A program made the translations under genes and the position numbers. A stretch of 64,000 nucleotides of DNA, from NCBI GenBank assembly GCA_964497915.1, contig CAZCFI010000001.1:14279-78278 (forward strand), written 5' to 3'. Below are positions 1 to 8,493 of this stretch, piece after piece. The first letter of the stretch is position 1. Every line of letters starts with the position of its first letter. The notes below the pieces were generated by a model, which did not search any database, had not been told where the DNA came from, and saw nothing but the letters and a program-made list of their open reading frames with translations. This DNA is from an uncultured Thermoproteales archaeon. Lineage in GTDB: Archaea; Thermoproteota; Thermoprotei; Thermofilales; CAYSTQ01.

Positions 1-162
1 TTATTCATCAGGGAGCTGTCGGGGGTCAGGGTCTACGACTCGCTGGACGTCCTCAACATGCTCTACTCCGGCAGCAGGCTCAGGGAGAAGGTCGGTGAGT
101 TTATGCGCGAGGTTGGGGTTAGGTTCTCTAGGAGGAGGCTCAGGGAGCTTGGGCTCGCCTGA
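1..162 (+). CDS. 3' end of an unidentified CDS (partial at window edge)
   Basis: Frame 1 is open from base 1 to TGA at 160-162 (...VGEFMREVGVRFSRRRLRELGLA*). No recognisable motif. Confidence 0.35.
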   Translation, partial: LFIRELSGVRVYDSLDVLNMLYSGSRLREKVGEFMREVGVRFSRRRLRELGLA

Positions 163-175
163 GGGCGGCGCGGGG

Positions 176-445
176 ATGTACGAGGAGGCGGGCCTAACCG
201 TGGACTGGGAGGCATACTACAAGTGCGTAGCGAGGCTCAGGCGCGAGCTCGAGGAGGCCAGGGAGCTGAGGCGCAGGATGGCGGACTGGGACTACATAGA
301 GTCCAGGCCGGAGCCCATCAGGACCGCGCTCAAGGTCCTGGTGGAGACAGGGGACTTAGTGGGCGTCGCCCGAGCCTACTCCATCCCCCTAGATGAGCTA
401 GACGAGGAGAGGGTGAGGGCTAAAATACCCCTGACTGTGCCTTAG
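176..445 (+). CDS. small hypothetical protein, possible C-terminal helix-turn-helix
   Basis: ATG at 176 inside track ORF 95..445. The upstream part overlaps the previous CDS and is G/S low-complexity. C-terminal 'TGDLVGVARAYSIPLDEL' looks HTH-like. Confidence 0.45.
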   Translation: MYEEAGLTVDWEAYYKCVARLRRELEEARELRRRMADWDYIESRPEPIRTALKVLVETGDLVGVARAYSIPLDELDEERVRAKIPLTVP

Positions 446-507
446 TAGCGACAGCGGCCCGGCTAGCGCACTCCTAGCTACGCGCCCTGGCCTCAGCGCT
501 CTGCCCG

Positions 508-1389
508 CTAAGGCCCCTCCACGGACCACGGCATCCTCCAGTCGAGCCCGACAGTGTTGGACGTGACCTTCGGCACGGGCGGCGGCAGCCTCTTATGCTC
601 GTTCGAGTGAACCCTCCTCACAATAGCCACCACCTTGGCCCTGTCTAGCCCGGTCCTCGCGACCACCTCGTCGACGGGCAGCCTGAGGTCCACGTAGTGG
701 TACAGTACGGCGTCGATCTCCTCGTAGCTCATCCCCAGCTCAGACTCCGCCATCTGGCCGGGCCACAGCCTGGGGCTGCTGGGCTTGGTGACTATGCGGC
801 TCGGGACGCCGAGGATCCTGCCCAGCACCCTCACCTGCGTCTTGTAGACGTCCCCTATCGGCAGTATGTCGACGCCCCCATCGCCGTACTTGGTGTAGTA
901 GCCTAGGAGGATCTCGCTCTTGTCGCTAGTGCCGCACACCATCAGCCCGAGCCTGTTGGCGAAGTAGTAGAGGATGGCCATCCTGATCCTGGCCCTCAGG
1001 TTGCCGTTTGCGACCCTGGCCTCGCGGTCGAATATAGGGATGCTGGCTGTGAGGCTGTCGTACACGCTGTCTATGGGCACGAGGTAGCGCCTCACGCCGA
1101 GCCTCCTCGTCACCTCGAGCGCGTCGTCCACGTCCTCCTTGGGCGTAGTCCTGCTGTCTGGCATTATGAGGGCCGTCACCCTCTCCGGCCCTAGCGCCCT
1201 GACGGCTAAGTAGGCCGTGACTGAGGAGTCGACGCCGCCGCTGAGCCCGAGGACCAGCCCCCTGACTCCAGCCTCGCTGACCTTCTCCCTTATGAAGGAC
1301 GTGATCCTCTTGATGGCGTAGTCGTAGTCGAGGGGAGGGGCGTACTTTGGCCCCGCAGTCTCGGCGCGCGACGCCACGTGCGACCCCAA
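508..1389 (-). CDS. nadE: NAD+ synthetase (single-domain NadE, PP-loop ATP pyrophosphatase)
   Basis: PP-loop 'GLSGGVDSSVTAYLAV' and overall NadE-like sequence. Start uncertain (TTG at 1389 or GTG at 1377). Confidence 0.9.
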   Translation of the reverse strand: MGSHVASRAETAGPKYAPPLDYDYAIKRITSFIREKVSEAGVRGLVLGLSGGVDSSVTAYLAVRALGPERVTALIMPDSRTTPKEDVDDALEVTRRLGVRRYLVPIDSVYDSLTASIPIFDREARVANGNLRARIRMAILYYFANRLGLMVCGTSDKSEILLGYYTKYGDGGVDILPIGDVYKTQVRVLGRILGVPSRIVTKPSSPRLWPGQMAESELGMSYEEIDAVLYHYVDLRLPVDEVVARTGLDRAKVVAIVRRVHSNEHKRLPPPVPKVTSNTVGLDWRMPWSVEGP

Positions 1390-1399
1390 TAAAGTCCTT

Positions 1400-2326
1400 A
1401 TGTCAGGACTTAGTTATGGCTTCCCGGGGTCTCCCTTGAGGTCGCTGAGAGTCGCGCTGGCTCAGCTGAGACCCCATCAGGCCTCCCCCGACAGGAACGT
1501 CGAGAAGGCGGTCAGGGCGCTAGAGGAGGCGAGGAGGGGGGACGCAGACCTCGTGGTGTTTCCGGAGCTCTTCCTCACCGGGTACTGGGCGAGGGACATG
1601 CTGTACAGGCTGGCCGAGCCCATCACGGGCCCTCACGTGTCTGAGCTCTTGAGGGCCTGCTCCGAACACGGGCTCTCAGCTGTCGTGGGCTTCGTCGAGC
1701 TAGATGAGGCGTACCTCCACGTCTACAACTCAGCCCTCCTGCTGAGCCCAGACGGCGAGGTCGCTGCGTACAGGAAGAGGCACCTGCCGACGTTCCTCGT
1801 ATTCGACGAGGCCAGGTGGTTCAAGGCGGGCCACGGCCCCTACAGCCTGTGGAGGGTCGCTGGCGTGCCCGTGGGCGTGGAGATCTGCTACGACTTGTTC
1901 TTCCCTGAGGTGACTAGGGCCTACGCGCTGCTCGGAGCGTGGCTCGTCATAGCGATATCGGCGTCGCCAGACCTATCGCTCAGGTTCTTCAAGCTGCTCA
2001 CTAGGGCCAGGGCCCTCGAGAACACCGTGTTCCTCACCTGGGTCAACTTGGTGGGGGTCTTCGATGGCCTGGGGTTCCCGGGAGGCTCCCAGGTCGTCAG
2101 CCCCCTGGGGGACGTGGTGCTCGAGTGCAAGGCGTTCCAGGAGGAGCTCAGAGTCGTCGAGCTGGACATGGGGCTCGTGAGGCGCGCCCGCGAGGTCAGG
2201 CCGGTCATCAGGGATCTGACGGCGTGGGACGTAGCTGGTCTCTACGACTCTTACCTCAGGTATGTGGGGCTAGCCCCTCCAGTGAGCCAGCCGCGCTCAG
2301 AGCGCGAGAGGGGCGCCGTCACTTAG
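1400..2326 (+). CDS. carbon-nitrogen hydrolase (nitrilase superfamily amidase)
   Basis: Glu-Lys-Cys triad contexts 'VVFPELFLTGYW', 'AAYRKRHLPTF' and 'GVEICYDLFFPE'. Start may be the in-frame TTG at 1436. Confidence 0.85.
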   Translation: MSGLSYGFPGSPLRSLRVALAQLRPHQASPDRNVEKAVRALEEARRGDADLVVFPELFLTGYWARDMLYRLAEPITGPHVSELLRACSEHGLSAVVGFVELDEAYLHVYNSALLLSPDGEVAAYRKRHLPTFLVFDEARWFKAGHGPYSLWRVAGVPVGVEICYDLFFPEVTRAYALLGAWLVIAISASPDLSLRFFKLLTRARALENTVFLTWVNLVGVFDGLGFPGGSQVVSPLGDVVLECKAFQEELRVVELDMGLVRRAREVRPVIRDLTAWDVAGLYDSYLRYVGLAPPVSQPRSERERGAVT

Positions 2327-2353
2327 CGGCGCACTAAGCCGCTAAGCCCTCGG

Positions 2354-2367
2354 AAAGGTTTTTAAGG
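2354..2367 (+). promoter_or_regulatory. TATA-like box upstream of tRNA-Ser
   Basis: AAAGGTTTTTAAGG lies about 30 nt upstream of the tRNA 5' end, in an AT island within GC-rich DNA. Confidence 0.4.
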
Positions 2368-2396
2368 GCTGGGATGGGGACAAGTATTGGCCAGGA

Positions 2397-2514
2397 GCCG
2401 GGGTGCCCGAGTGGTCCAAGGGGCCGGGCTCGAGATCAGGCCGCGCGTCTAGGGCTAGACGCGTGACCCGGTGTCCCCTCGGGGGGCGCGTGGGTTCGAA
2501 TCCCACCCCCGGCG
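2397..2514 (+). tRNA. tRNA-Ser (anticodon CGA) with a ~31-nt intron at the canonical 37/38 position
   Basis: Acceptor GCCGGGG (2397-2403) pairs with CCCCGGC (2507-2513). Anticodon stem CCGGG (2424-2428) pairs with CCCGG (2467-2471), and the loop is CTCGAG(A). Intron ~2435-2465 has an internal hairpin CGCGTCTA/TAGACGCG. Long variable arm (CCCC-TC-GGGG). T-arm GTGGG-TTCGAAT-CCCAC. No encoded CCA. Confidence 0.85.
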
Positions 2515-2545
2515 CCTCGGCCCCAACGCTCTCGCGCCAGCGCGC

Positions 2546-3625
2546 TCATGCCCGCTCTGGATACCTCCTCAGCTTCCTGAGCAACCGCCTGTAGTATAGC
2601 ACCCTGCTCTTGGACATCTCGGGGGGGACGCCACCTGCTGACATGAGCACGTACCCGCCGCCCGGCGCGCCCACCCTTAGCCGGTCTAGGACGTGCTCGC
2701 GCAGCTCTTCCTCGCTCATTAGCCCTATGTGGCTGCTGATACCGCCCCTCAGGGCCATCCGGTCACCGTAGCGCTCCTTCACCAGCCGCAGGTCTATTCC
2801 GTCATGCGGGTCGAGGGGGTCCAGGCAGTCGAAGCCCTCCCTAACTATGTCGCCCAGTATTGGGTTGATGTTGCCGTGGCAGTGGCGCAGCACGAAGGCA
2901 CCCTTCCTCCTGTAGGCCGCCACGAGCCTGCTCAGCCACGGGCTGAACAGCTCCCTGTACGCCTCCGGCGACATGAACATCGTGTTCTTGGTTCCCAGGT
3001 CTCCCCCTATGCGCACGGCGTCCACCTCAGCCTCGTCCAGGAGGGCCTCGGTGAACTCAAGCTGCACCCCCATCGCTAGCCCCACCAGCCTGCGCACCAG
3101 CCACGGCCTGCGGACCACGTCGACGAGTAGGCCCTCCATCCCCCTCAGGTAGTACCACGTCGTGACGAAGGGCCCATTGTGGAAGACCTCGACGAAGTAG
3201 CCTCGCGACTTGAAGAACTCAACCTCCCTAGCCACCGCCTCGACGTGGGGCTCCAGGTCGTCCAGGGTGGGGAGCTCGAGCGACTCCACGTCCTCCGGCC
3301 TCCTCACAGGCACGCTGATGACCTTGGAGAAGCTCGGCCTGACGCGTATCAGCTCCAGCGACCCGTAGGCCCTTCTCACCACCACGTAGCCGTCGCCGCG
3401 CTCCACGACCTCGCTCACGAGGTCGGGGACGTTCCCCCCGACCGTCACCAAGTCGTTGCCCCACCACTCTGCCAGCGCTAGCCTCCTGCGGAGCTCGTCG
3501 CAGCTCCTCACCCACTCCCCCACGGAGGCCGCTGCCGTGTCGGCGTTCACGAACTCTTCAGCGAGCGGGACGGCGTCTGGCTCCTCGAGGAGGAGGGCCG
3601 CTGCTACCCTCTCAGCTCGCTCCAA
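2546..3625 (-). CDS. uroporphyrinogen decarboxylase (URO-D) family protein, MtaA/CmuA-type methyltransferase-like
   Basis: C-terminal half 'GGDLGTKNTMFMSPEAYRELF...RHCHGNINPILGDIVREGFDCLDPLDP' matches the URO-D/MT2 TIM-barrel pattern. Confidence 0.7.
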   Translation of the reverse strand: MERAERVAAALLLEEPDAVPLAEEFVNADTAAASVGEWVRSCDELRRRLALAEWWGNDLVTVGGNVPDLVSEVVERGDGYVVVRRAYGSLELIRVRPSFSKVISVPVRRPEDVESLELPTLDDLEPHVEAVAREVEFFKSRGYFVEVFHNGPFVTTWYYLRGMEGLLVDVVRRPWLVRRLVGLAMGVQLEFTEALLDEAEVDAVRIGGDLGTKNTMFMSPEAYRELFSPWLSRLVAAYRRKGAFVLRHCHGNINPILGDIVREGFDCLDPLDPHDGIDLRLVKERYGDRMALRGGISSHIGLMSEEELREHVLDRLRVGAPGGGYVLMSAGGVPPEMSKSRVLYYRRLLRKLRRYPERA

Positions 3626-3728
3626 CTCCCACCAGCCCCGCAGCGCTGCAGCTAGCCTGAGGGCGGCGAGGCACGAGTGTACGAATCGTTCACAACTTAT
3701 TTATCAGCTGGCGCCGACCTGCGCACCG

Positions 3729-4433
3729 ATGAAGGCTGCAGTGGCCTGGCTGGTGGTGGTCGCAGTAGCCGTGGGGGCCTTGGCTCACGGCGGGGTGCTG
3801 GTAGCCTGGCAGGACAGTCGCGACAGGGTCAGAGTGCTAGAGGTCACGGTCAGCTCGGTGACCAATAGCTCCGTGGTGGCCGAGGAGGTGGGCGAGCTCT
3901 TCGCCAGGGGCAAGTGGCTCGTGGTCTCGGAGGCGTACACGGGGCTGTGCCCGTGGCTGAAGGCTAAGGAGTTCGTCAAGCCCGGCAAGGCGACTGCCGT
4001 CGTGGCCGTAGTCGCCAGGGGCAACAGGACAGCTGCCGTGCTGCTCGGGCTGAGGCAGGGCAATTGCTCCCTAGTAAGGCCCATCCTGCTCAGGCGCTCG
4101 GCGGCTAAGCACAGGCACGGGACGATGGAGGGCGCCTGCAAGCTGGTGGCTAAGCTGGGGGCCTCGCTGCTGGTCGAGAGGGGCAAGCTCAGGGCGCTGG
4201 TGCTCATGAACCCTGAGGGCAAGTGGCGTAGGGCTGGGAGTGGTGACGTCCGCTGGAAGGACATCGTCGGCGAGCTTAACGTCGGCGACACGCTGTGGAT
4301 CTGCTTCCACAACATAGTGGTCCTCAGGCCGAAGTTCGCTGAGGTGTTCGGGTTCAACGCCGTGATCTGGGGCTTCAGCGGAGCCATAATTGACCTGGAC
4401 ACCGGGCTGGCGTTAGCGAAGCACCCGCTCTAA
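3729..4433 (+). CDS. secreted or membrane-anchored hypothetical protein
   Basis: ATG at 3729 gives 'MKAAVAWLVVVAVAVGALAHG', a signal/anchor sequence. The track ORF extension (3456-3728) is antisense to the URO-D gene and was trimmed. Confidence 0.5.
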   Translation: MKAAVAWLVVVAVAVGALAHGGVLVAWQDSRDRVRVLEVTVSSVTNSSVVAEEVGELFARGKWLVVSEAYTGLCPWLKAKEFVKPGKATAVVAVVARGNRTAAVLLGLRQGNCSLVRPILLRRSAAKHRHGTMEGACKLVAKLGASLLVERGKLRALVLMNPEGKWRRAGSGDVRWKDIVGELNVGDTLWICFHNIVVLRPKFAEVFGFNAVIWGFSGAIIDLDTGLALAKHPL

Positions 4434-4466
4434 AGGAAAAATCCATCTATTTTTTATTTTCTCTCG

Positions 4467-4856
4467 CTAAGGCGCTCTCTCTACCCTGACTAGGTCCCCG
4501 GGCCTCACCCTGCTAAACACCGTGGGGTCTCCGACCACCCTGCCCACGACGTTCACGGGGCTCGCTGGCCTTATCTCGCCAGGCTCCCTGCTCGCTGGCG
4601 TGGGGCCCCAGAATATGCACAGGCACCTGCCAGGCGGCCAGTAGGCCACAGCTCCCTTCTCGACGACGTCGACTGCGTTTTCCTCGGGGACGTCCACGGG
4701 GACCTTGAAGTAGAGCTCGTCCCCCCACCTCATGGCCCTGGACTCTATCGGGAGGGCCTCGAGCAGCGCCCTGAAGGTGCGCGGGCTGCGCTCGTCAGTC
4801 AGCTCCACCTCGACCCTCCCAGCGGCCTCCGACACCACGTAGACCTTCACCCTCAA
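4467..4856 (-). CDS. cyclophilin-like fold protein (TM1367/Cyclophil_like type)
   Basis: 129 aa. 'RTFRALLEALPIESRAMRWGDELYFKVPVD...GAVAYWPPGRCLCIFWG' matches my recollection of the cyclophilin-like small-protein family. Confidence 0.55.
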   Translation of the reverse strand: MRVKVYVVSEAAGRVEVELTDERSPRTFRALLEALPIESRAMRWGDELYFKVPVDVPEENAVDVVEKGAVAYWPPGRCLCIFWGPTPASREPGEIRPASPVNVVGRVVGDPTVFSRVRPGDLVRVERAP

Positions 4857-4984
4857 GCCCCCACCCCACTAGCACAAGGTAAAGGGCTCTTTGCCTACCG
4901 GTCTGGCCGCCCCATGACACCTTGGGCTGCCATTTTAAACAGGCGCGAACGATTAATATGCTTAGGGGGGCGTACCCAACAGTA

Positions 4985-5556
4985 ATGCGTCGGGGAGTCG
5001 CACAGCAGCTCTAGCGCTCCTCAGCGCTGCCCTCCTCGCCGCCCGCGCAGCGCTAGTGGTGGCTCAGCCTGGGGGTTCTACGAGGACTCCCCTGACATCA
5101 GCGACTGGAAGAAGTACGGAGGGGGGGGTGGGGGGCAGCGTCGGCGTGGTGGAGGTCTCACCGCGGCTTACGTTGCCCCTGCCTCACTCGCACCAAGAGC
5201 TCGCCGTCGGAGGCGACTTACCTATTCGGGCACGTGCCCCAGATCGGCTTCGGGGGCCCCGTACTCAGTCATCTTGCAGGTGTACCTCAGGGGCGACTGC
5301 GACCACGGTCGCCATCTACCAGGACTGCGGCGTCAAGGTGTCGATCTGCAACAACACCTTGGCGACCCTGAGGGAGGGGCCGGACAGCTTCGTGGAGGCT
5401 CTCAGACTCGATAGGGGCAAGTGGTACAGGGCAACCATCACGATCCACCCCGAGAAGAAGGTGGCCATGGCCAGTGTGGCTGGCGTCACCATCATCGCCG
5501 CCGAGGCCTCGCCCGAGGGCTCCCGACGGAGCTGCCAGCAGGGACGTGGGACGTAA
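4985..5556 (+). pseudogene. frameshift-decayed gene for a secreted LamG/ConA-like protein (tentative)
   Basis: ATG at 4985 gives MRRG, then a stop. The neighbouring frame continues with a classic signal peptide 'RTAALALLSAALLAARAALVVAQPGG' that has no start codon of its own. Protein-like text hops between frames around G-runs (4993-4996, 5118-5135). The last intact stretch is '...VAIYQDCGVKVSICNNTLATLREGPDSFVEALRLDRGKWYRATITIHPEKKVAMASVAGVTI'. Confidence 0.3.
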
Positions 5557-5668
5557 TCACAGGCGACCTGTCGCACTTGCTGCTGTAGTGCGAGATTTTC
5601 ATTGACGACCTCATAGTACAGCAGCTGGGCGGTGGGAGCGCCCGCTGAGCCCAGAGCTGGCCTCCTCC

Positions 5669-5956
5669 GTGGCTAAGGCAGTGGCGTCCATGCTCATAGG
5701 CGCCTGCCACCTGGGCCTGCCGGTCTACCTAGCCACTAGGGGGCAGGCGGCGCGGCTCGAGCTAGCGCATAAGATCCTAGCGGCGGCGCTGGCCTCGGCC
5801 GCAGCATCAGCTGCCGCTGAGCTGGCGAGAGCCGACCTCCTGCTCGCGGCCTCGACGTGCTCCTACGCCCTGTCGCTGATGGGGATCAGCGCTGCCAGCG
5901 TGGGTGGCGAGGGGGCTCAGGCGCTGAGCGCAGGAACTCCCGACTTCTTTACCTAG
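5669..5956 (+). CDS. Ala-rich hypothetical ORF (weak)
   Basis: 95-aa ORF with no motif. It may belong to the decayed region upstream. Confidence 0.2.
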   Translation: MAKAVASMLIGACHLGLPVYLATRGQAARLELAHKILAAALASAAASAAAELARADLLLAASTCSYALSLMGISAASVGGEGAQALSAGTPDFFT

Positions 5957-5959
5957 CAA

Positions 5960-7171
5960 TCACAGCACCACCATCGGCACCAGCATCTCCATGTCGGTCA
6001 GGCCACCGTGCATGGCCCTCAGCCTCTCGACCTTGTCCTCGCCCTCTGGCCTCAGCCTGTAGACGAAGGCCGCGTCACGCTTGCAGGCCACCACGACGTC
6101 GCCTAAGCGCCTAGAGAACCTGCCGCCCCGCCCGAAGAGGCCCATGGACAGGGCCTCGCCCCTGCTCATGACCAGCACCTCGTCGCCCAGCGCCTCCTCG
6201 AGCGCCCTCGACAGGCCCTCGGCGTCCCAGGAGAACATGCTGAAGAGCCTGGGCTCGCCCGTCGGCGGGAGTATCAGCCTCTCGACGACCTCCTCCATCG
6301 CGTCTAGGCGGACGACCATCCCCACGTCCACCTGCCCGTGGTCTGACGTGACCACGAGCCTGCACTTGCCCCTGTCCAGCCTCTCCAGCGCGAGCTCTCT
6401 GAGCCCCCTGGCGACTAAGCGCAGCTCGGCTAGCGCCTCCTCGCTCCTCGTCCCGCAGGAGTGCTGCACGGCGTCGAGCCCCCACCAGTAGGCCACGACG
6501 AGCTTGGGGCCGCCCTGCGACAGCTCGCGCCCGAGCTTGACTAGCATGTCGGCCAGCGTGGCGTAGCCGACGGTCCTCGCGCCCTTGGACGTGAGGGCCG
6601 TGAACGAGGACTCGAGCAAGCCCTCTGGCAGGAGCTTGACGACCTCGACGCCAGCCTCACTCAGCACCTGAAACACCGTCTTGTAGGGCACCAGGGTCTC
6701 GTGAGTCACGCCGTAGTCCCTCAAGCTGTCCCTCGATGGGTTCACTATGGGCGTGAACCTGAGGACGTTGACGACGCAGCCCAGCCTCTCGAGGTAGAGG
6801 TGGTAGCCCAGCACGCCGTGCTCAATGGGGGTCATGCCGTAGAACATGGAGACCAAAGCCGTCGAGGTGGTCGACGGCGCGGTCGATGTGAGCACCGCCA
6901 CGGCCCTAGCATCCCTAAGGAGGCCCTTGGCGTACTGGAGGAGGTAGAGCCCGAGGGAGTCGATGAGCGCTAGCCCCACGCGCTCAGCGCCGTCGAGCGC
7001 TCCGTAGTCGAGCACGTCCTCGTCTATCGCCCTGAAGTCGCCCCTAACGTCAAACGCCCTCAGCAGGGTGCCCGCTAGCTCGCACACGGAGGCCCTGCCG
7101 TAGAGCGGCCTCACCAGCCTGTAGCCGCCGCCTTCCCAGAGGGCCTCGACGTGGTCGCAGGCGAGCTTCAT
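5960..7171 (-). CDS. alkaline-phosphatase superfamily protein (type I phosphodiesterase / nucleotide pyrophosphatase or PglZ-like)
   Basis: 'GLALIDSLGLY' (metal Asp plus nucleophile Ser/Thr context) and 'LVVTSDHGQVDVG' (the SDHG motif typical of the superfamily). No signal peptide. Confidence 0.65.
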   Translation of the reverse strand: MKLACDHVEALWEGGGYRLVRPLYGRASVCELAGTLLRAFDVRGDFRAIDEDVLDYGALDGAERVGLALIDSLGLYLLQYAKGLLRDARAVAVLTSTAPSTTSTALVSMFYGMTPIEHGVLGYHLYLERLGCVVNVLRFTPIVNPSRDSLRDYGVTHETLVPYKTVFQVLSEAGVEVVKLLPEGLLESSFTALTSKGARTVGYATLADMLVKLGRELSQGGPKLVVAYWWGLDAVQHSCGTRSEEALAELRLVARGLRELALERLDRGKCRLVVTSDHGQVDVGMVVRLDAMEEVVERLILPPTGEPRLFSMFSWDAEGLSRALEEALGDEVLVMSRGEALSMGLFGRGGRFSRRLGDVVVACKRDAAFVYRLRPEGEDKVERLRAMHGGLTDMEMLVPMVVL

Positions 7172-7179
7172 CCCGGCAC

Positions 7180-8493
7180 CTAGGCCCGAGCCCTCCTCAG
7201 CCTCCTCATCCTTATCGAGAACTGCATCGTCAGTATCCTCTCGGACGACAGCAGCTTAGCTGAGACCCCCACCATCGCGGCGGTGAAGGCTAGGGCCCAC
7301 GCTATCGAAGCGTACGGGATCCACCAGACTCCCTCCACCGCCGCCTTCAGCACGAGCACTGGGGATATGAAGGGGGAGGCCGCGACCAGGGCCGCCTGGC
7401 TCGCCAGCGGCAGGCTGGAGATGTCGACGAACATCAGCACCATGCCGGGCACGAACACCACGAGCGATAGCGAGCCGATGTAGGACTGGGCCGTCCTCAC
7501 GTCGGGGAACAGCGAGCCCAGCAGCAGCCCCAGGGCGCTGGTGGCCACCAGGGAGAGGAATGTCGAGAGGCCGAGCAGCACCAGGTTGTGGGTACCCACT
7601 AAGTCAGTCAGCGACTCCACGCTCACGGCAGCTGGCCTGAGCTCAGCCGCCTCCTCCTCCACGAACTTCAGGGGGGCGCTTATGTAGTACGTGAAGCCAG
7701 CCATGTAGCTGACCGTGGCGAGCATGACGAGTACGAGCACGCCGAGCAGCTTGGCGGCCAGTATCTTGTACCTGGGTATAGGCAGGGTCAGCAGCACCTC
7801 GAGCGTCCTCTCCTCGTTCTCCGAGGCTATGAGCGCGGCTGAGACCCCTATGGCGGTGGTTATCACGACCAGCGGGGCTATCATGAGCCCCGAGGTGAGG
7901 AAGCTCATTACCCCCAGCAGGGCGGATGGGACCCTGCGGCCAGCCACGTACAGAGCAGTCTCGCTCCTGACCGGGTTGAGGACGAATCCTGGCTCGGTGA
8001 CCCCAGCCTCCTTCATAAGTGCGACGCTTAGCGCCTTATTGACTGACTCAGTCACGCTTCTGGCGAGGCCGTAGACCGAGTACCCAGCCATGCTCAGGCC
8101 CCGCACGTTCATGTGGACGACTAGCGTCGCAGGCCTCAGGCTGCTCATGTTCTCACTGAAGCCCTCCGGCACCTCGATGACAAGCGTCACGTTAGTGCCA
8201 GACGCTATCAGCGAGGAGACGTCCTCCACCTCTAGCGGCTTAACGCTGTAGCCCATGGACCTGATCGTGTCTAGCACCAAGGCTGAGTAGGGGCCCCTGT
8301 CCCTGTTGACCACCGCTATCGCCTGCCCGAGCCCCTTGGCCGCCTTGATGCTAGCCTCAGCGGCGAAGCTCATCACAGCACCCATCACCACGAACACCAT
8401 CAGCGGCATGATTATTACTGAGATGAGCATCCTGAGGTCCTTGAGGGTCACCTTCAGCTCCTTCACGACTAGGTGCCTGAGCACGCCGCTCAC
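7180..8493 (-). CDS. ABC-2 type exporter permease
   Basis: 437 aa with an N-terminal TM, a large external loop and then 5 TM segments (NatB/ABC-2 layout). 4-nt overlap with the upstream ATPase gene. Confidence 0.8.
   Translation of the reverse strand: MSGVLRHLVVKELKVTLKDLRMLISVIIMPLMVFVVMGAVMSFAAEASIKAAKGLGQAIAVVNRDRGPYSALVLDTIRSMGYSVKPLEVEDVSSLIASGTNVTLVIEVPEGFSENMSSLRPATLVVHMNVRGLSMAGYSVYGLARSVTESVNKALSVALMKEAGVTEPGFVLNPVRSETALYVAGRRVPSALLGVMSFLTSGLMIAPLVVITTAIGVSAALIASENEERTLEVLLTLPIPRYKILAAKLLGVLVLVMLATVSYMAGFTYYISAPLKFVEEEAAELRPAAVSVESLTDLVGTHNLVLLGLSTFLSLVATSALGLLLGSLFPDVRTAQSYIGSLSLVVFVPGMVLMFVDISSLPLASQAALVAASPFISPVLVLKAAVEGVWWIPYASIAWALAFTAAMVGVSAKLLSSERILTMQFSIRMRRLRRARA

Noticed and set aside
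3456-3728. N-terminal extension of track ORF 3456..4433
   Set aside because: The extension overlaps the URO-D-family gene on the opposite strand and is S/A/R low complexity. A convincing signal-peptide start exists at ATG 3729.
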